Assembly (NCBI GenBank): GCA_041941365.1
Contig: JBGTQK010000001.1
Location: forward strand, 190,727-254,726
Source of the DNA: Cellvibrionales bacterium
GTDB lineage: Bacteria; Pseudomonadota; Gammaproteobacteria; Pseudomonadales; UBA7434
Length of the DNA stretch: 64,000 bases
Direction of reading: 5' to 3'
Shown: piece by piece, positions 59,736 to 64,000 of the stretch
Position numbering within the stretch: the stretch's first letter is position 1
Layout of the letters: each line of letters begins with the position of its first letter
Translations under genes and position numbers: made by a program
The notes under the pieces: model-generated
What the model was told of the DNA's origin: nothing
Databases searched by the model: none
The model's input: the letters and a program-made list of their open reading frames with translations, nothing else

Positions 59736-61118
59736 ATGAATAAATTATCGCTATACAACACAAAAAAACGTCAAAAAGAAATTTTTGAACCTATCGATTC
59801 ACAACGCGTAACGATGTATGTTTGTGGGCCAACTGTTTACAACCGTGTTCACATCGGCAATGCCCGCCCGGCGGTGGTTTTTGACGTGTTATATCGTTTG
59901 CTTTCACTGTTATATCCGGATGTTGTCTATGCACGTAACATCACAGACATAGATGACAAAATAATGAAAGCAGCAGACGAATTAAATGAAAGCATTACCC
60001 AAATCAGTGAGCGTTTTGCTGCAGCTTATTTTGAAGATATGGCAGCGATTCATAATCTTGACCCAACTATTCAGCCTTACGCGACTGATCATTTACCGCA
60101 AATGATCAGTTTAATCGAACGTTTGCTGGAAAAGAATCATGCCTATGTTGAACAAGGGCATGTATTGTTTGATGTGCTGTCCATGGAAAACTATGGAGAG
60201 TTATCCAACAGGAACCTTGAAGATATGTTGGCAGGAGCGCGTGTAGAGGTTGCACCCTATAAAAAATATGCGGGAGACTTTGTGCTTTGGAAACCATCGA
60301 GCGATGAGGAGCCTGGTTGGGAAAGTCCCTGGGGAAGAGGGCGGCCAGGTTGGCATATAGAATGTTCGGCGATGGTTGAAACTCATTTGGGTGAATCGAT
60401 CGATATTCATGGCGGTGGACGTGATTTAATTTTTCCTCATCACGAAAATGAAATTGCGCAGAGTGAATGTGCACATGATGGAAAAGTATATGTCAGGTAT
60501 TGGATGCATAACGGATATATCAATATTGACGGTGAAAAAATGTCTAAATCGTTAGGCAACTTTAGGTTGGTTAATGATTTATTGAAACAATACTCAGGCG
60601 AAACAATACGGTTTGCTCTATTAACTGCAAGTTACCGTTCAGAGTTGAATTTTAGTAGCGAGCTGCTTGAGCAGGCGAAAGCCACTCTCGATACATTATA
60701 CGGTGCTCTACAAATGGTAGAAACAATTGAAGCTGAAACGCCTGAGTCTATAATGGATGAGCCTTTTTTTGCAGCATTACTTGACGATTTGAACACACCC
60801 AAAGCCATCAGTGAATTACATCAATTAGCCAGGCTTCTCAGAAATGCTGAAGCTGCTGATGCGCCAAAAATCAAAGGGCGTATGCTGGCATGTGCAAATT
60901 TGTTAGGTTTATTGCAACAAAATCCAACACAATGGTTTCAGGCAGTCATTGGTGAGGCAACAATAACTGATGAAGAAGTTGAGGGACTTATTGCCGAAAG
61001 AAACCAGGCCAAGCTTGATAAAAATTATCAACGAGCCGATGAAATTCGTAATGAGTTAGAAGAAAAATCAATTATTCTCGAAGATAGCCGTGAAGGAACT
61101 CAGTGGCGGCGTAGCTGA
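59736..61118 (+). CDS. cysS: cysteine--tRNA ligase
   Basis: [19 protein letters not shown] (HIGH-type), zinc-site contexts ([17 protein letters not shown]) and KMSKSLGN. I prefer the start at MNKLSLYNT (59736) to 59727. Confidence 0.96.
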   Translation: MNKLSLYNTKKRQKEIFEPIDSQRVTMYVCGPTVYNRVHIGNARPAVVFDVLYRLLSLLYPDVVYARNITDIDDKIMKAADELNESITQISERFAAAYFEDMAAIHNLDPTIQPYATDHLPQMISLIERLLEKNHAYVEQGHVLFDVLSMENYGELSNRNLEDMLAGARVEVAPYKKYAGDFVLWKPSSDEEPGWESPWGRGRPGWHIECSAMVETHLGESIDIHGGGRDLIFPHHENEIAQSECAHDGKVYVRYWMHNGYINIDGEKMSKSLGNFRLVNDLLKQYSGETIRFALLTASYRSELNFSSELLEQAKATLDTLYGALQMVETIEAETPESIMDEPFFAALLDDLNTPKAISELHQLARLLRNAEAADAPKIKGRMLACANLLGLLQQNPTQWFQAVIGEATITDEEVEGLIAERNQAKLDKNYQRADEIRNELEEKSIILEDSREGTQWRRS

Positions 61119-61178
61119 TTTTTATACGGGTTTAGTTTCAAAAAATAACACCAAAAACAGGAATCGATAGACAGTTCT

Positions 61179-61207
61179 ATTGAGAAGCACTCAATATTTT
61201 TTGTTTT
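61179..61207 (+). terminator. weak terminator-like hairpin after cysS
   Basis: ATTGAG-AAGCA-CTCAAT followed by ATTTTTTGTTTT. The stem is only 6 bp and AT-rich. Confidence 0.3.
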
Positions 61208-61313
61208 ACATTTATAGGCAGAAACTGCTTGTGACCCTCTACACAAATTGACTGGGTATTGTCTGTTATTGTGGCTTCCATATTCACCGTAAGGAACCAG
61301 CAAGGAGGTAACA

Positions 61314-61829
61314 GTGAGCGGTATCCCGGCAGTAAGAAATACACTTAATGAAACTTCAAATCAGGTAAAAAATCTCAATGAAAGACAATGCTTTTTTAGC
61401 AGTAGTACTTTGCTAAGAAACATTAATTTTGCGCAATATGACCCGGCTGCTAAAGCTGCTTTAACAAATTCATCAGACAGTTTCTGGTCTAAAGTTATTA
61501 AACGTCCTTCTAACGTTTCAAATATAACGCCAGAATTTAAACGAAACTTCAGACTGAGTATTGGTGGATGGTTGAATTTACCTTTTAATTGTCATAACAC
61601 ATTATCTCTAGTCTTATGTGTAAAAGATAAAAAAAGAGAATTATTTTATACGATTGATACAATGAATGCCCGCGGTGCACAGCAAATCTTACTTTCTGGC
61701 GCAGTGGAAATTTCGATTTTTGGTAAAGTCGAAAGTGTTCAGTTATTTTGTCACGGTATTTCGGATGATACTTTATGGATTGATGATCTTCATTTTAAAG
61801 CAGAGTTAACCCACCAACCTCAGAATTAA
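61314..61829 (+). CDS. hypothetical protein (orphan, no family recognised)
   Basis: 171 aa. GTG start 8 nt after a strong AAGGAGG (61299-61305). No signal peptide or TM. The C-terminal half looks beta-rich (LSLVLCVKD...AVEISIFGKVESVQLFCHGISDDTLWIDDLHFK). Confidence 0.6.
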   Translation: MSGIPAVRNTLNETSNQVKNLNERQCFFSSSTLLRNINFAQYDPAAKAALTNSSDSFWSKVIKRPSNVSNITPEFKRNFRLSIGGWLNLPFNCHNTLSLVLCVKDKKRELFYTIDTMNARGAQQILLSGAVEISIFGKVESVQLFCHGISDDTLWIDDLHFKAELTHQPQN

Positions 61830-61957
61830 TCAGGTCATGTCTGCAGCTTAAGTATTTTCTTTATTCAATGTTATAAAAGTGTCATATAAGCCATATTGGT
61901 TTGTATACAATTCAACCATTGATTGTTATCTGAATTGACTTTCTGAATCAAGAAATT

Positions 61958-61972
61958 CAGCAATTATTGCTG
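61958..61972. promoter_or_regulatory. 15-bp perfect palindrome CAGCAAT-T-ATTGCTG upstream of the TerB-like gene
   Basis: Read directly. The 1-nt centre excludes a hairpin, so a dimeric-regulator site is the natural reading. A TATAAT lies at 62025-62030, with TGGACG 18 nt upstream of it. Confidence 0.35.
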
Positions 61973-62079
61973 TTTCCATCAGATTACATCAGATAAACAG
62001 TGGACGATCGAATAGCCAGCTTCCTATAATGTGGCGATCAAATATTTTATAAATATCCTAATCGTTTGAGGTTTTTTTA

Positions 62080-62508
62080 ATGAGTATCTTTAAGTTAGAC
62101 ATGATCAAGTCAATGGTTATAGGCGAGAAACTATCGCCAGAAAAAGAAAAAGCACTGTTTGCTGAGCTTCTTTTTATGGTATTGACTCGTGCTTCACGTG
62201 CTGATTTAAATGTTGAATCCTCAGAAGTGGATATGATTGTCAAAGTGTTAAAAGATAATTTAGATCAGGACTTCACAGAGAAAGATATCCGGGTTGCTGC
62301 AATAACCGAGCTGTATGAGCATGCGCCATTCGAAAAGTATGTATATCGCCTGGGTAGAAAGCTATCAGTTGAGTATCGGGTAAGAATTCTGGATGCAGTG
62401 GCTGAAGTTTTTGCTTCTGATGGAACAATAGGCGTTCTGGAAGCTGATTTCTTTAATCTGGTTGCCAATTCACTTGACCTGACTCCAGCACAAATTCGAA
62501 AACTTTAA
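62080..62508 (+). CDS. TerB-like (tellurite-resistance TerB family) domain protein
   Basis: 142 aa all-helical protein. It shows the TerB-type pattern: ELLFMVLTRASRADLNVESSEVDMIVKVL in the first half and ILDAVAEVFASDGTIGVLEADFFNLVANSLDL in the second. Confidence 0.65.
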   Translation: MSIFKLDMIKSMVIGEKLSPEKEKALFAELLFMVLTRASRADLNVESSEVDMIVKVLKDNLDQDFTEKDIRVAAITELYEHAPFEKYVYRLGRKLSVEYRVRILDAVAEVFASDGTIGVLEADFFNLVANSLDLTPAQIRKL

Positions 62509-62607
62509 AGTTGATCTAAGCTTTTTTCTAAATAAAACAATAACATGTCTGATTCCAGGCATCTGTCCAGAACCCTATACGGCAGATGCTTAAATTTTCT
62601 ATTAATT

Positions 62608-62635
62608 GTCAACCATTTTGGCTTTTCAACGTTAT
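62608..62635 (+). promoter_or_regulatory. candidate ECF-type promoter (GTCAAC-N16-CGTTAT)
   Basis: An AAC-containing -35 and a CGT-containing -10 with a 16-nt spacer lie about 90 nt upstream of the ECF sigma gene. ECF sigmas are commonly autoregulated. This is pattern match only. Confidence 0.2.
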
Positions 62636-62726
62636 TACCTATAAGTCGTTAAAATCAGAAGCAAATGCTGATTTATCGGACTGAGATGAAAGTATTTTTA
62701 ATCAGTAGGCCTAAGATACCTTTTTA

Positions 62727-63281
62727 ATGACAAATGTTTCAGCACTGGATTTAAATGCTTTCCTTGCATCTGTAGAAAAGCGAGCTTATCGGATAGCACG
62801 AATGGCTACGCGTAGTCATACAGAGGCTTTGGATATTGTCCAGGAAGCGATGTTAAGTCTTTGCGAAAAGTATTCTCAGAAACCCTCAAAAGAATGGGGG
62901 CCTTTATTTCAAAGGATTTTGCAAAACAAAATAATGGACTGGTATCGTAAAGATCAGAGACAACGAGGTTTAATTAAACCTTTGGAAGATTGGGACGAGG
63001 GTACAGACAATATGCAAAATGCTACAAGCAGAATGGATATGTTAGAAGATACAAAAGACCTGAATCCGGAGCATTTGCTCAATCAGGCAAGAGATATGAA
63101 TCAGGTAATAGCATCAGTTGAACAATTACCTATACGGCAACAACAGGCATTTTTGTTACGGGTATGGGAAGGTTTGGATATACAGGAAACTGCAGAAATC
63201 ATGCAATGCAGTTCAGGGTCTGTAAAAACACACTTTCACCGGGCACTTAAAAGTATTCGATCTGCATTATTAAGTGAGTAG
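62727..63281 (+). CDS. ECF (group IV) RNA polymerase sigma factor
   Basis: 184 aa. Region 2 (DIVQEAMLSLCEKY...WYRK) and region 4 HTH (LDIQETAEIMQCSSGSVKTHFHRALKSIR). Confidence 0.9.
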   Translation: MTNVSALDLNAFLASVEKRAYRIARMATRSHTEALDIVQEAMLSLCEKYSQKPSKEWGPLFQRILQNKIMDWYRKDQRQRGLIKPLEDWDEGTDNMQNATSRMDMLEDTKDLNPEHLLNQARDMNQVIASVEQLPIRQQQAFLLRVWEGLDIQETAEIMQCSSGSVKTHFHRALKSIRSALLSE

Positions 63282-63687
63282 ACTGAACAACGATAGAGGC
63301 GAATTAATTAATACGATGAACGATTTTGAAAAAGAATTTAGCCGCACAATGTTAGAGTCATTAGATCAAAGTCTCGATGAGATTGATCCATCAATACAGG
63401 ATGAACTTGCTGCTATTCGACATAAAGTATTAAATCAAAGTGAAGTGCCACCGCTGGATGAGGTGCCACAGCGACATGAGGTGCCACAGCTGAATTCAAA
63501 AAATAAAGCAAAACAGTGGCAATACTATGCAATAGCCGCCAGTGTTCTAGTCTTATTCACGATACCTTTGATATACCTGCAAAATGAAAAGCAAAGCGAA
63601 AGCTACCAGAGTTATTTGAGTGTTGATCCGGACATGCTTCTGGATTGGGATATGCTTGAATTGATAGGTGAAGAATATGGCGCCTGA
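63274..63687 (+). CDS. probable anti-sigma factor (DUF3619-like single-pass membrane protein)
   Basis: It directly follows the ECF sigma gene. Either GTG 63274 overlaps the sigma stop by 8 nt, or ATG 63316 (MNDFEKEFSRTMLESLD...) is the start, which matches the usual DUF3619 N-terminus better. One TM (YYAIAASVLVLFTIPLIYL). Confidence 0.6.
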   Translation: MSRLNNDRGELINTMNDFEKEFSRTMLESLDQSLDEIDPSIQDELAAIRHKVLNQSEVPPLDEVPQRHEVPQLNSKNKAKQWQYYAIAASVLVLFTIPLIYLQNEKQSESYQSYLSVDPDMLLDWDMLELIGEEYGA

Positions 63688-63910
63688 TTTAAAGCATTAT
63701 GCGTTCTCTATGATATTTTTTTCCGCTATGCAGCTAGCAAACGCTACTGAGCACGCTTCATTTAATGAAGATTTTTGGGATTATCTTATTGAGTTTAGTG
63801 ATGAAGATGGGGAATTATTTGATCCTGTTGATTTTTCATCAGTAAATTCATCAGAAGATTCAAGCAATGAAACTCAATTCAATGAGCAAGAAAGGGTAAA
63901 TGTAAAATGA
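63668..63910 (+). CDS. small secreted acidic protein (hypothetical)
   Basis: 80 aa. Signal-like N-terminus (YAFSMIFFSAMQLANA/TE) followed by a D/E/S-rich tail. It overlaps both neighbours (20 nt upstream, ATGA-type downstream), which suggests translational coupling. ATG 63677 is an alternative start. Confidence 0.5.
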   Translation: MKNMAPDLKHYAFSMIFFSAMQLANATEHASFNEDFWDYLIEFSDEDGELFDPVDFSSVNSSEDSSNETQFNEQERVNVK

Positions 63911-64000
63911 AATATTGTTTGTTTATAACACTTTTATTGATTTCCTCTTTATCTATGGCGAATAACCCATCCTGGGATGAGCTACCTGCAGATTCTAAAA
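63907..64000 (+). CDS. signal-peptide protein, probably DUF3106-like (truncated by window end)
   Basis: Absent from the track. ATG 63907 overlaps the preceding TGA and opens MKYCLFITLLLISSLSMANNPSWDELPADSK... The frame is open to the window end. The W-x-x-L-P start after the signal peptide resembles DUF3106 proteins that accompany ECF/DUF3619 pairs. Confidence 0.45.
   Translation, partial: MKYCLFITLLLISSLSMANNPSWDELPADSK

Overview
AT-rich gammaproteobacterial chromosomal segment. The gene order resembles Pseudomonas/Oceanospirillales-type chromosomes, but I cannot assign the species from sequence alone. I support about 55 protein-coding genes. I saw no rRNA, tRNA, CRISPR array, transposase or integrase.

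Layout:
- 0-1.2 kb: a truncated hypothetical gene and an SGNH lipoprotein, both on the minus strand.
- 1.2-2.4 kb: an unusually long non-coding spacer.
- 2.4-39.7 kb: an almost uniformly plus-strand housekeeping block. It holds smc-zipA-ligA, a class I fumarase, pyk, phoB-phoR, cysH, LysR<->leuCD, a short asd, fimV-truA-trpF-trpB-trpA-accD-folC-dedD-cvpA-purF-metZ, a MoxR/DUF58/transglutaminase operon and a KAS III-like gene.
- 39.7-50.6 kb: a strand-mixed, less conserved stretch. It holds an acetyl-CoA hydrolase/transferase-like gene, an acyl-CoA thioesterase, DUF1289, DUF1566, a cytochrome b561-DOMON/EB_dh fusion, a 1393-aa secreted metallophosphatase + EEP nuclease/phosphatase fusion and a lamin-tail-domain partner. 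The last two both end in PEP-CTERM-like tails.
- 50.7-61.1 kb: bioA plus a Kv-type K+ channel, a class III nucleotide cyclase plus a lipoprotein, then a thioesterase-lpxH-ppiB<->glnS-cysS block.
- 61.3-64.0 kb: an orphan gene, a TerB-like gene and an ECF sigma/anti-sigma module cut by the window end.

The best candidate for something new is the 43.1-50.6 kb divergent pair of operons. One arm is a trans-membrane haem electron-transfer fusion. The other is a giant two-catalytic-domain extracellular phosphoesterase, preceded by a Pho-box-like promoter and followed by a split-off lamin-tail partner.

Secondary curiosities are a motif-rich 1.2-kb non-coding region upstream of smc, a triplicated 18-bp unit at the smc stop codon, and the orphan/TerB islet. 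All family calls rest on motif recognition by eye. No searches were run.
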